In this document: piece after piece, positions 42,495 to 55,516 of the stretch | Layout: the number at the start of each line of letters is the position of its first letter | Position numbering within the stretch: the stretch's first letter is position 1 | Assembly: GCA_951406725.2 (NCBI GenBank) | Contig: OX597827.1 | Location: 620,001 to 684,000 of the forward strand | DNA: 64,000 nt | Direction of reading: 5' to 3' | From: Octopus vulgaris | Taxonomy: Eukaryota | Made by a program: the position numbers and the translations under genes | Notes under the pieces: model-generated | What the model saw: the letters and a program-made list of their open reading frames with translations, nothing else | Told to the model about the DNA's origin: nothing | Database searches by the model: none

Positions 42495-42563
42495 CATTAT
42501 TATTATTATTATTATTATCATTATTATTATTATTATTATCATTATTATTATTATTATTATTAT
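41015..42563 (+). mobile_element. Head-to-tail array of about 5 SINE family B copies, mostly separated by (ATT)n/(ACT)n
   Basis: Recurrent unit ggtgagctggcagaa...aaatgcttag...ttctgagttcaaatt...catcctt...aagtacc...gtgcc.a.a...(ATT)n starting near 41015, 41386, 41663, 41900 and 42218. Confidence 0.85.
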
Positions 42564-42634
42564 CGTATTCATAATATTGTACCTAAGATTATTTTTTCCT
42601 TTTTTTTTCCTTTTCTTCTTCTTGTTTCCTTTAG

Positions 42635-42999
42635 GAATCTATGCTTGCCCACCAGAACAGTTACCGAACTCAGCTACGAAAGGCCAATCACAATTTATCA
42701 ATAGACCTAAAGTTACAGGCACCACGCGGCCTGCATGCCAGCCAAATGTAGACAAGAAAATTTCATGTAACGACATCATTGATCTCAAATCGATTTCAGC
42801 AGCAAACCCCAACTCTCTAACTGGAACAAACTCTTGGAATTTGCCTTTCCGAAACAGCTTTACTTCATATGCCAAGCCTCTGCCAGCAGTTCCAAAGATG
42901 CCATCCTTACCAACTTCCACAAAGTTGTCCCCACCAGCCAAACACTTAAAAGGGGGTTTATCAAATATGATGCTTCATCATGAGACAGCTACATCATGA
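42635..42999 (+). CDS. Protocadherin terminal coding exon (G-IYACPPEQ...WNLPFRNSFTSYAKPLPAVP...HETATS*)
   Basis: Very strong polypyrimidine tract ending tttcctttag| at 42634. Phase 1 entry matches exon 2. The non-repetitive frame is open to TGA at 42997-42999 and contains a proline-rich KPLPAVP motif. Confidence 0.75.
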
Positions 43000-43497
43000 A
43001 AACAGCTTCTGTTTATTTCCCCCAACTAATATGTTCCTGATATGCACAAATACATAACTGCATATGTGAGTGTATATATGAATGTATTATTATATATCAA
43101 TATATGAATATATATATGTATAATGGAAAACAGACTGGATGATGATCCTCCACATGCCGCTCTAAACACACCCTATAGTAATCATACAACAAACTGTACA
43201 CAAGATATTCTATATATATATTTATATATATATATACATATACATATATATGTATGTATGCAAGTGTGTGTGATTGGGATTACAAATTTAACTCCATATC
43301 CGAAGTGTATGATGGACTAAGTATACAAGGACAATAATATTATTATATAATATATATATGGAAGTCAAATGGACTCAACACACAAATTGTTCTATTGTGT
43401 GCATGTGTGTTTTTTTATATATATTTTCACACAAAAACACACACATGTACACTTGTAGATACACATACATAGACCTATATATGTGTGGTTAGGCATC

Positions 43498-43503
43498 AAT
43501 AAA
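43498..43503 (+). promoter_or_regulatory. Candidate polyadenylation signal AATAAA
   Basis: First AATAAA I found after the protocadherin stop, about 500 nt downstream. The AT-rich context makes it weak and the UTR may be much longer. Confidence 0.2.
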
Positions 43504-43959
43504 TATACATTTATTATAGATTTATATGTAACTTACATATATATATTCATACATACACATGCACAAAAGTGCATATACATATATGTTTATTAGAAGGCAA
43601 GTGTGTGTGTATGTGTGTATATACACACACACACACAGATATAAATGAATGCACTCACATACACATTGAATAATGAACTTTGAAAGAGGCACATTACTTG
43701 ATGGAATTAGAATATGATCCACTAATATATTCAGTAACTCTGCTTTTTACCATCACATGACTAATACTCTATTTAGACCAGGCATATATATTCTAAGATT
43801 GTTTGCAGTGCTGCTATTAGATGATTGTCACCAACATCTGTGAATCAAGCCTCTGTGTCTTGTCAAGTTATTACCAATATCTTCTTCATATAATCACAAC
43901 TGAGATGCTTTTCCTTGTATTGTTACATGAATCTTTGCCATACATAAGTTTACTAGCCT

Positions 43960-44160
43960 CAGCTTAATATCATGTGTTGAGTAGACTTTGTGCCCTATTA
44001 GGATGCTGTGGTATCAAAATCCCAACGCCCAATTTGGTTTGGTGATCAGCACAATAGCAGTGGCCAGTAAAGCCTAACCTACATTGTATGACATTAAAGG
44101 AGATGGATGCAATGTGTCCATGAATCTCCGCATTTGTCTTGTGTTCCCACATGAGGGTGC
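43960..44160 (-). mobile_element. RTE-type LINE C-terminal remnant
   Basis: WEHKTNAEIHG...CRLGFTGHC resembles the RTE ORF2 W..TN.E...RRLRFAGH motif. Confidence 0.55.
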
Positions 44161-44274
44161 TCTCTTCCTCTTCGTCATCACCAACCCATGGACATCACTG
44201 GTTTGAATCCTACAACTCCTAGGGCTAGTTACCTGTTTACCTGTGCATAAGTGACAAATATTCTTTTATTTTTT

Positions 44275-44527
44275 TTCTTGTTTCAGTTATTTGACTGTGG
44301 GCATGCTGGAGCACCACCTTAAAGGTTTTTTTTTTTAATATTGAGTCGAAGAAATTGACCCCCAGGACTTATTTCTTGTACTAATTCTATAGGTCACTTT
44401 TGCTGAACCATTAAGATACAGGAACGTAAACACTACAACATTGGTTGTCAAACGATGGTGGGGGAAAGCCAAATACACATAAATACATACATACACACAC
44501 GCACACATACATACATACATACATACA

Positions 44528-44561
<34 letters not shown>

Positions 44562-44730
44562 CGACATGCTTCTTTCAAACTCTGTCTACTGTCTACAAAT
44601 CCACTCATGAAGCTTTGCTCGGCCTGAGGCTATAGTGGGAGAACTTACCCCAGGTGCCATACAGTGGGACTGAACCTGGAACCATGTGGTTGGGAAGCAA
44701 GCTTCTTACCACACAGCTAAGCCTGCACCT
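44275..44730 (-). mobile_element. SINE family A copy
   Basis: Reverse complement of family A, CpG-decayed. Confidence 0.8.
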
Positions 44731-45254
44731 ATAACAATCCCCTTGAATGGAAGGGTTACTCATTTACAGTTGAGTGAACTGGAAAAATGTGAAAGGAAGA
44801 GTTTTGCTCAAGAACACAATGGTCCAATAATCAAAGCCATTAGGTGATGCACCTTCATGAGGTGTTTTGGGTCTTCAGAAATTGAGACTTTGACTCCATG
44901 GAGAGGAAGGAGTACTCTCTACACATGTTGTGATGAAGAAGGTCAACCTTGTTGAATTTGAAATATCTGGTTGATGTGACATTACGTAAGATACACATGT
45001 CACCCATAATTACAATTTTCCTAACACAAGGTGGGCGTCTGACATTTCTAAACTATTTTGTGAGATGTGTGCAAATTGGAGTTTTACTTTTGTTTCTTTT
45101 CTTTTTTTTTTTTCCTGATTTGGCAGTTATTAGAGGATAAAGGAGATTTTGTAGGATTTTACTGATGCAAATCAGTGTTAGGATAACAAATCATCAGCCA
45201 TAGATGAGGAAAAATGGTGATGATGAAAAGGACTATGAGGATGATGACGATGAT

Positions 45255-45555
45255 GATGATGATGATGAAATGAAAATGAGTGGGTGGTGATGGATGTGGG
45301 ACAATGGTGATTGTAATTATAGGGAGAATGATGATGATGATGATAATGCTGAAAAGTGAGAGGAGAGCAAGAAGGTCAGTGAAGAGTGATGACGACGACG
45401 ATGATGATGATGACGATGATGATGATGAAATGAGAACAAGTGGGTGGTGATGGATGTGGGACAATGATGATGGTAATTATAGAATGATGTTGATGATGAT
45501 AATGCTGAAAAGTGAGAGGAGAATGAGAGGGTTGGTGAGAAGGAGATGATGACAA
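45255..45555 (+). repeat. Diverged tandem duplication (about 160-bp unit) in a GAT-rich tract
   Basis: gtgggtggtgatggatgtgggacaatg...gataatgctgaaaagtgagagga occurs twice. Confidence 0.75.
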
Positions 45556-45987
45556 TGATAATGATGATAATGTCAACAATGCTGGTGAGAAATTTGATAT
45601 AAGAAGTGGCATAAATTTTCTATGCAGAGGTCTTGCCTGTTGCCAAATATACAGACATATATCTACGTGCAGATAAGCAAGCATATGAAATACACAAGTA
45701 CATATGTAATTACATAATATTGATATATGAATCTATCTATCTCCATCAATACTTTAAACATATGTTCCAGGTGATGCTATTAAGTTAGTCATGGCATGGG
45801 CTGACATTGACTGAAACCAATGGAAGTGATCTAAGCCATAACATCACATCTTTCCCCCTCTCTCTACTGTTAATAGAAATAACATCCTAAAAGTAATGAG
45901 GGCATTTTTAGGTAAACTTCACTGAAAGTTCCTAATAAATTTATACTTTAACAGAATTATGTCAAACACAGTGGAAAGTTTTGAATT

Positions 45988-46132
45988 AATATAATATATT
46001 ATATAATGCTTACGATAAGATTTATAGATATACAAGATTCTAACAAATATAATATAATATATTATATAATATATTATATAATATATTATATAATGCTTAC
46101 GATAAGATTTATAGATATACAAGATTCTAACA
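45988..46132 (+). repeat. Local direct duplication (about 57 bp) with intervening 12-bp AT units
   Basis: atattatataatgcttacgataagatttatagatatacaagattctaaca occurs twice. Confidence 0.85.
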
Positions 46133-46139
46133 GAACATG

Positions 46140-46410
46140 TATAAATAAAAAAGCATATGTCTGTGCACACCTTCCAATGCAATGTATGCCAGGAGGTTTG
46201 CAAATCTAATGGAGACCTCAAAAGACATTTTAAGATCCACAAAGATCAGAATTTATCTGCAGCTCTTGGTGGTCCAAATCAGATGTGCAATCTTTGTGGG
46301 TGTCTTTTCAGAACATTGTCTGCTTTAAAAAGCCACATCAGACGCCATGATGGTTCTAAGGTATAGGTACAGGAGGTGGTCAAACTCTGCATAAGGAGTA
46401 GACATCCATC
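46140..46410 (+). mobile_element. Two C2H2 zinc fingers, probably the 3' end of an RTE-type LINE
   Basis: FQCNVCQEVCKSNGDLKRHFKIH and MCNLCGCLFRTLSALKSHIRRH, followed by a short UTR and a (TACA)n tail. No further fingers or convincing splice sites are visible. Confidence 0.6.
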
Positions 46411-46488
46411 GGGTATACATACATACATACATGTTTGTAGGTGTAAATATATATATATGTATATACATACATACATACATACATACAT

Positions 46489-46558
<70 letters not shown>

Positions 46559-47073
46559 ATATAGTTACCAATTGATGTGTTTGGTAACAAACTCTTAAGA
46601 CAGTGCCATGGCCCGAGCTATGTTCTCTAATTGAAGCTTTTACATACCAGCACTGATAGTTGACACTGGTTCTTTGTATAGACAATGTTGGAAGTATGAG
46701 AAAGTGAGGGAGGGGATGAGGCAGACTGGTGTATATATAGATATATATCTATATCTATATATATATATACATACATGTGTATATGTATCTATATGTATGA
46801 ATATTTATATATGTTATGGGCTTCTATATATATTTGTATATATTCATGTGTGGATTCATGTTTCCATATTGACATTTAAAAGTGTATATAATTGTATAAA
46901 TATGTATATATTATAATGTGGATTTTTGTGTCTGTACATATATACACACACAAACATACATACATATATACACACTCAAACACATATACACACAAGTATA
47001 TATATATGTATATATGACATGAAATGAATAATTATAAGAATGAAAATATACTGCTGCTCAATGTGTGTGTATG

Positions 47074-47107
<34 letters not shown>

Positions 47108-47123
47108 CATATATATATACATA

Positions 47124-47158
<35 letters not shown>

Positions 47159-47171
47159 TATATATATATAT

Positions 47172-47210
<39 letters not shown>

Positions 47211-48003
47211 CATATATATATATATATGAATTTCTATTTCAATTATTCTATTTGAAGAGTTGATTCTATATGAGAATGTGCGTGTGTTTGTGTATACATT
47301 GGACTATGCGTGTATGTCATAGTATATCTGTGTGTCTGTGTTGAATGTGTGTATGTATTAATGCTTGCTTGCTTACCTGATTATATAAACACTGACAACA
47401 GTTCTACAGTTTTATACACAAATGTCCTTAGCAACAAGAATTCCAGCCTGTCTGTATGTAACTTGTAACTACGTGTATAAATATACCTACATATAAATAC
47501 ATGCACACAGACACACACACATATTTTCACACATATATGTATATATGTATTATATAGATTATATATATATATACATATATACACATGCACACCCACACAA
47601 ATACATATGTCTATGCATATACACACACACACACATGCATACATAAACACACATACACACATATGTGCATATATATAATCATATATATATATATATATAT
47701 AAATGATTGTGTATGTGTAGATATACAAATACGCATTTATCTGTATATTTATGTGTGTTCATGTATGTCTGTGTATATATACATGTGTACATGTGTATAC
47801 AAGTCTGTGTTTGAACTGGTAATTTTCACACACACACACACACATACACACACACTTACAGACACTCATTAATACCTTTTCTCAACTAAAATATATTTAA
47901 ATAATAACCTTTTTTTTCTTATTTTTTTTGGTATTATCTGCCTTTCCTCCTAACATTTTCTTCTTGTAATTTATATTTTTTAAGACTTTGAAAAATATCT
48001 GTA

Positions 48004-48042
<39 letters not shown>

Positions 48043-48844
48043 TAATTATTCTAGTATTATTATTAATACTATCATAATTGCTGTTAATATTATTATTGCT
48101 ATTATTAAATATTACCACCTGCTCTCGTCCTTATTTTTGTTTTTCTCTTGATGAGTAGAAAAAAGCAAAATGAAAATATGTCAAAATCAATGAGCAAATA
48201 TACCATTAAAAAATAATTTTTTTGTTTTTTAATTTTATTCATCTTTTTATTGAAAGATTTAAAAAAAAAAGATATTTTTAATAAAATGACTCCCAGAAAA
48301 ATAAAAAAAAAACGTGTTTAATCTTTCTTCTCTTTGATTTTTATCTTTTGAAATATTTATTCTTCAGAATTTGATTCTCTTCATATTCGGTGTGTCAATC
48401 AGTTTTTACATCTCACTAACCACCAACCATTGAGCTCTAATTATCACATGACAAATGAGAGATTCATAACCATCAAAAGAAAATGCCAAAAAAAAGCAGA
48501 AATGTAATAATATTAATTTTGATGAGGGTGATGGTAATAAATTGGAGATAAATTAATTTTGTAAAATTTTACCCATCATGCATCACAAAGTGAAGTGTAA
48601 GACTAAGATTCAACATCCAAAAGAAGGACATCCGGTTGATTAACAAATGCTCATTCATTGATATGCTACAGTTACTAGTGAAGTGCAGGGTAGCATGTTT
48701 AAAGTAATGAATTAAAAAAGAAGTTTGTTTTAACCATTTCAACCACTGTGACTAGAAAGAAAATATATTAATGCAGTGCTCCAGCATGGCCACAGTCAAA
48801 AGACTGAAGCAAGTGAAAAAATAGATAAACAAATAAAAATATGT

Positions 48845-49132
48845 ATAATAATATTTTATAAGTTTAAAGCTGATAAGCGATCACCGTAACTAAAGAAAAT
48901 AGTCTAATTAGGGGCATAGAAGCCTTCGATGGGAAAAAGTGGGTTTTCTGTGGGACACAAACCAACACTTGTCATGAAAACACAAAAACAAAGAGCTGTG
49001 GGTTTGAATCCCATGCATACAGAAACCCTATGGTTTTACCTTTGAGGGCTCATATGACTTAATATGAGACTATTTTCTTTAGTCATAGCATGGTGATCAC
49101 TTATAAGGTTTAAACTTATCAAATATCATAAT
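48845..49132. repeat. Degenerate palindromic element with outward-facing tRNA B-box-like motifs
   Basis: ataagtttaaa..ataagcgatcacc..ctaaagaaaatagtct is mirrored at 49067-49126. The right arm has GTGGGTTTGAATCCCA. Confidence 0.65.
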
Positions 49133-49180
49133 TATTATTTACAGATTTGCAAAAATCGACACTGCTTACCAAAAAACCAT

Positions 49181-49228
<48 letters not shown>

Positions 49229-49254
49229 ATGGTTTTATATATATATATTTTTTT

Positions 49255-49463
49255 ACTCTTTTATTCTTTTATTTGTTTCAGTCATTTGATTGTGGCCATG
49301 CTGGAGCACCACCTTTAGTCGAAACAAATTGACCCCCAGGACTTATTATTTTGTATGTCTTGTAATTATTTTATCGGTCTCTTTTGCCGAACCGCTAAGT
49401 TACAGGGACGTAAACAAACCAGCATCGGTTGTCGAGCGATGTTGGGGGACAAACACAGACATA

Positions 49464-49513
<50 letters not shown>

Positions 49514-49820
49514 CGTACATCTTACGATCATGATGCTGATACCCTAATCACTAAGCCACGCGCCTCCACAAATGCGCCCTTTTAAAGCCTAACCAGGCTC
49601 ATGGGCCCGGTTTCCCGGTTTATATGGCGTATGTGTTCCCCAGCTGAACGGGACGCCAGTCCATCGCAGAGTTACTCATTTTTGCCAGCTGAGTGAACTG
49701 GAGCAACGTGAAATGAAGTGTTTTGCTCAAGAACACAACGCGTCACCCGGTCTAGGAATCGAAACCATATTCTTACAATCATGGTGCTGACACTCTAACC
49801 ACTAAGCCATGCACCTCCAC
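49255..49820 (-). mobile_element. SINE family A 3' half followed by a SINE family C copy
   Basis: 49255-49515 matches the family A tail. 49580-49820 shares the head and core of the 10673-type SINE in reverse complement (tgctcaagaacacaac core). Confidence 0.7.
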
Positions 49821-49989
49821 AGATATCAATTTACAGATATATAAATTAGACATTAAGTATCAACTTCAAAGACCTGCAGTAGCCATGAACATTGTCCCTT
49901 CGTTTTTAGCTGCCTTAGTAATGAAAGAAGACATTCTAACACTAATTTTTTTTCTCTCTGTATGTACATATATTTACTATTTACACACG

Positions 49990-50067
<78 letters not shown>

Positions 50068-50419
50068 TAAACGAGCAAACAAGGAACTTATAATAAATAC
50101 CTTCAGATAATTTAATAAAGTATTGAATTACAAGATATTAGAGCAGTATAAAAAAATACTTTTAAAAAATCTTTAAATATGAAAATAGAAGTTATTAAAA
50201 ATAAGAGATGAAAATATTAACAAACATGTTAATTTATTACGTCTAAAAGTAATAAATTACACAGGCATTCTGGCTGTTGTAAGAAATGTTATATTCTTCA
50301 CACGTCTATCCACTGACGTTTTCTGTGTCTTCGTAATTTAAATATCTAAATCCTTTAAATCTGAGAGATGAATGACTGTTTATCAGATTATAACTATTTA
50401 AAATTTATATAAGTATATA

Positions 50420-50635
50420 CTGATTTCAAATTTTGGCGCAAGACCAGCAAATTCGGAAAGGGGTTAAGTCGATTACATCTACCCTAGTGCTCGACTGGTA
50501 CTTATTTTATCGAGCCTGAAAGGATGAAAGGCTAAGTCGATCTCGGCTGAATTTGAACTCAGAACGTAAAGACGGATGAACTATCGCTAAGCATTTTGTC
50601 CAGCGTGCTAACGATTCTACCAGTTCGCCGCCTTA
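50420..50635 (-). mobile_element. SINE family B copy
   Basis: Reverse complement of the family B unit, CpG retained. Confidence 0.75.
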
Positions 50636-50637
50636 TA

Positions 50638-50973
50638 TCTATAATAATAAACACAAAATTCTGTCTGTCCGCCCGTCCAGGACCCCTGTATCTCAGTCCA
50701 CATTTGCTGTACATTAATATATACTTTTGTGGAATCAGGATGATTCCGGGATTGAAAATATGTTCTTAATTTGGTTCTTGGGATCAGGTCTGGGTGAGGA
50801 TTCGCTGAAAATAACAATTTCAAAAGAACTCCAATAATTTGTGAACTTACAAGCTTTTCCTTTCAACTGAATTTAAAGCAATACCATATTGGTAGGGTAT
50901 CAATGAATGCTTTATTATTATTGTTCTCTTTAGTTTTGGGTCGCAGGCCCAATTATCCCACCGCAAGAGCTAG
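50638..50973 (+). mobile_element. Possible non-autonomous Helitron-like element
   Basis: 5' TC-TATAATAATAA with (CTGT)n-like repeat, and 3' CTAG preceded by a weak GC hairpin. Confidence 0.35.
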
Positions 50974-51031
50974 CTTAAAAGTCCGCTGTCATCAATGTTG
51001 TAGTGAATTGCTTAAATCAGCCATATGCCCT

Positions 51032-51120
<89 letters not shown>

Positions 51121-51124
51121 ATAA

Positions 51125-51250
51125 ATATAATCAAAATAAGCAACAAGTATATCCGAGGTAGAGTGGTACAATTGTTTCATGTTACTTCATTTTATTAAAC
51201 ACTGTAAGTATTACATCAGTTTTGAAATGCCGAGCAATCTTCAGCCACTT
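51125..51250 (-). mobile_element. Degenerate pLTR/HHR-like remnant next to (CTAT)n
   Basis: Minus strand CTGAAGA TTGC-TCG-GCA..C AAAAC..GTA, followed by TTTAATAAAATG. Confidence 0.35.
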
Positions 51251-52353
51251 ATAGAAATTTTCCAATCAAACGGACAATGCAAATTCTTATCTTTATTTCG
51301 TTTGCCAACATTATAAAGAGGGTAGATATATAGACAGAGAGGTTGATTTTATTCTTAAGAACATGATAGCAGTAAATTTACGCTCTGACTAGATTTTTTC
51401 ACTTTGTAATTTAGATCTGTCAGTGGGGAGGGGGATTTTATTTTTGGCTGGATGTCTCCATCCAACCAAAAACGAAATTTGAGAAAATAGTTTCTCGTTT
51501 TGACGAGTAAGTAAAGAAAGTACACATATTCGTAATTTTAAGCAGACTACACCTTGACTTGTTACTATGGAATCAAGCAGCAATGTATCTGTAGCTTTGG
51601 ATTGGCTAAAATTATCCAAAATTTACAAACTTTAAAAGCTATTAACTTATTATTTATTAATTTATGGCGAAAATGAATTACTTTTTCATAGCTAGCATAC
51701 AAAACTATATCAGTACACCATATTTGAAAACAATTGGAGCAAAATAAAAAAATTTTTAAAGAAAATTGTAACAGCAACAGAAAAGATGTCAAGTATAATT
51801 GGTAGCTGATGTCAATTTTGGATTCAAACATTTGAACTGTTGTATAACAATCAAAAAGGAAAAAAATAACAAAATGTTGGGATAAATATCTAGAAAATAT
51901 TTTCCCGTTTGGATTTATTAAGAGAAGTGAAAGTACGTGACTTAGTGATTAGGATGTTGCACTCACGATGACAAGATCGTAGTTTCGGTTCTCGGATCGG
52001 GCGGTGCGTTGTGTTCTTCAAAACAAATCACTTCATTTCGAGTTGTTACAACTCGCTCAGCTGCAAATGTGTAAGCCTACGAGGGAGTGGTATCGCGTTC
52101 AGTTGGGAGTTTTGTGATCTATGCCACGGGAACGGAATCCTAAGACTGGAGACAGTAAAATTCATGCTATGAGAAAGAGAGAAAGAGAGAGAGAGAGAGA
52201 GAAAGAGAAAGTGGTGAGAATAATCACACATGTGCATTACAAAACAATTTATATAAAGACGAAGTATTTAATATGAAAAAAGGCCCATTAATAGATTGAA
52301 TCACATTAAATTAGGGTCATAACAGTGTGTATAAGGGATTTAAAATGGAGATA

Positions 52354-52862
52354 CAGTAGTCTTGAATGATCACAACAAAGAAGATATGTTTATATTACCT
52401 TTAATCCGGGTCATGTCTAGCTTTGTTTCTATCTATATACAAGGCACATATAGTCTCGTTTATCACTGATTCACTTATTGCTGATCTGCGATTACACGGT
52501 ACGCTCAATTGTAAACCATGTCACAGATTGATCTGTGATAACACGAATCGACGGCCAGTCGATGATTCTGCTTGTACCACAAAGACGCACTTCCGCCATC
52601 GATCACCCACAATGCTCAGCCACCCAGAATGCATTGACTATTGCATGCGTTTACACGACCGTGCTGCGAGGTCGTGTATCTTTTATACGGATTTACTACT
52701 CGTACCCATCATCAACAAGGTTCCTCGTTCTAACAAACGACGCAGACCTTTATTAAAGATAAAGTAGAGATGAAGAAAATAAGTGACGGTGAAAGCTTCG
52801 CCTCTGTCGGCTGCCAGTTCGGTGTCAAAGAATCTACCATTCGTTCCATTTGCAAAATGAGT
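52354..52862 (+). mobile_element. pogo/Tigger-type transposon remnant (HTH-psq / CENP-B N-terminal region)
   Basis: Starts TA|CAGTAGTC. Encodes KDKVEMKKISDGESFASVGCQFGVKESTIRSICK. Confidence 0.6.
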
Positions 52863-53711
52863 GGAGTTGATTTATCTATTACTGATTCAGTTATCAGAGA
52901 TTTATCTTTTTTAACCAAACTTCCGTGATAAACAAAGATAGACTTGTAATATATTTCATCAGTCTATCTTGAAGAAAAAAGCAGATTAAAGGTCGCTCCT
53001 TTCTATATATATAACAATAATGTGGGATCAACACAGAAAGAAGAGGGTGACAGGCGAGGCGGAAACGAACGAATGGAAGAGAGTAGACATTAACGACACC
53101 CTCGGTACCTGATGATGGTATTAAACCGTGTGATACATTAAGTCAATCTCCCAAGTTGGTTACAGCAGGATATGAACTCAGGACCTAAAGAATCAGGACG
53201 AATTCCAGAAGACAAATCCACCGATGCACCAACACTTGCGCCAATTCATTGAACTTCACAAGTATCGGCCCCAGAAGTATGAAAGGTAAAGTTGACCGTT
53301 GACCCTCAGCGGGATTTGAACTCGAACGCAATAATCTGAAATAAATACTACAATGTATATGGACCAATGCTCTCCCCACTCTGCCAACTCAACGTCTCTG
53401 TGACTGAGTAAGGAATGAATAGCAGAATATTTAAGGTAATTCCGGGAGTGCACAATAGGGAATTCTTTCTGATTTTGGCACGAGGTGGGACGGAGGGCAA
53501 GTCGATTGCATCGACCCCATATTTAACTGGTACTTTTCGCTTCGAAAGGACGAAAGGCAAAGTGACCACAGCACATGCGCGCGAGCTGTGCTCACTTAGT
53601 GTAAGAATTTCAATATATATATATACACACATGTAGGTGCAGGAGAGGCTGTGTGGTAAGTAGATTGCTTACCAACCACATGGTTCTCGTTTCAGTCTCA
53701 CTGCATGGCAC

Positions 53712-53780
<69 letters not shown>

Positions 53781-53993
53781 CGTATATTTGCCATTTGAAT
53801 ATGGCTAACCCCTAAGGGTGGATGCTACTGTAGTTTGTAGCCCCAGGAGGACACCTCCTCCAGCTGGCTATAGGCACACTTTCTGTGCCCTATCAGTATT
53901 TGCGAAGGGAAGCCATCCTTCCCGTCTTCAACTTATGATACACACGGACTCGAGTTTCAGGGTATTTATAACTCGCTCTGAGATTTATCATTG

Positions 53994-54066
<73 letters not shown>

Positions 54067-54139
54067 GGTCCTGGGTTGAGTCGGGGTTAACCACAGTAAA
54101 TAAGGTACTCAATACATAGCAGAGTAAATTAATTTATTA

Positions 54140-54257
54140 TATAGAAGGAGCTTCTACAGGACTAGAACTGTTTCATTCAAAAGAAATCATCAGGAAGCGC
54201 TTCCTGATGATTTCTTTTGAATGAAACAGTTCTAGTCCTGTAGAAGCTCCTTCTATA
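54140..54257. mobile_element. Perfect spacer-less 118-bp palindrome of two head-to-head hammerheads; the element extends left to about 54066 and sits between (TA)n tracts
   Basis: The 59-bp arms are exact reverse complements, centred on gaagc|gcttc. Read on the minus strand, the left extension has AATAAA after the HHR, as in Penelope-like pLTRs. Confidence 0.9.
54199..54247 (+). ncRNA. Type I hammerhead ribozyme with intact core (identical copy on minus strand, 54150-54198)
   Basis: GCTTC CTGATGA T-TTC-TTTT-GAA-T GAAA CAG-TTCTAGTC-CTG TA GAAGC. Stem I is 5 bp, stem II is 3 bp with U-U closing, stem III is 4 bp, and predicted GUA cleavage is after 54242. Confidence 0.75.
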
Positions 54258-55267
54258 AAAAAAAATATATATATATATACATATATACATATATGTATGT
54301 GTGTGTGTGTGTGTGTATGAAGATATGTATGTGTGTGGATGTATGTATCTAGCTGTCTGTTTGTCTGTCTATCTTCTCCTTTCTATGTTTAGTTGAAGGA
54401 CAGTAATTTTGAAGGAAGGGGTCAACGATTTGTTAACGGTTTCTGCCAGCTCCCCGCCTTCAGTGTAAAGTGGATAAAACACTCACTTAACATTTGACGT
54501 TGCACACAAGACGAAATGTTTATTTACATTTTATATGTTTCTTGAATGGCTTCCCAGCAATGGGACAACAGTTTCAAAGAAGTCTGGAGAAAAAACACAC
54601 ACACAAAGCAAAAAAGAAAAAATAACGACAAGAAAACCCAGTTTATTCACGGTAGTGTCACATAAAAGAACATTGGTATTGATTTCTTACATTGGTACAA
54701 AGTATTAGGATCGGTAAATGGCTGTTAGTCGATTATGTCTCTCTCAGTTCTTGATTGCTACTTATTTTATCGATTTCGGGAGAAAGCTGAAAGGCAAAGT
54801 CGAATGTAGGCGTGATTTGAACTCACAACATAAATGGGCGTGATTACATACTGCACTTTGTCCGCCCCTCTTTATTGATCCGAAACGTTTGTAATAATAA
54901 TAATATACTAACAATAATAACTCAAATGTCATCATCAAATCTACACTGTATATCACAGACAGACACGAGCCAATGAGGACAGCCTCTATATGCTCGCGTA
55001 TATGTATGCATGCATGCGTGCATGCGTGTATGTATGTGTGTATGTATGTATGTATGTATGTATGTATGTATGTATGCCAGCCTGTATGTATGCATGTATT
55101 TATGTATGTATGTATGTATGTATGCCTGAATGTATATATCTATGACCGTATGTTTGTATGTATGCATGTACATCTCATTCACACACACAGACGAACACAC
55201 ACAAATACACAAACTCATATATAAGCTAACGCTTAAGTAACAATTTCAATATATATATATACATATC

Positions 55268-55424
55268 GGTGCAGGACAGACTGTGTGGTAAGTAGATTGC
55301 TTACCAGCCACATGGTTCCGGTTTCAGTCTCACTGCGTGGCACCTTGTGCAAGTGTCTTCTACTATAGCTTCGCGTTGACCAAAGCCTTGTGAGTGGATT
55401 TGGTAGACAGAAACTGAAAGAATC

Positions 55425-55516
<92 letters not shown>

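Noticed and set aside
46157-46366. Host C2H2 zinc-finger gene
   Set aside because: Only two fingers, no TGEKP linker, no convincing splice context and a microsatellite tail. It fits a LINE C-terminus better.
52935-52970. Hairpin containing CTGATGAAA on the minus strand as a hammerhead
   Set aside because: No stem II, and a 5-nt offset before stem I. Could be chance or a deleted remnant.
53105-53140. CTGATGA TGGT..ACCG as a hammerhead
   Set aside because: No GAAA after the stem, and no stem I or III.
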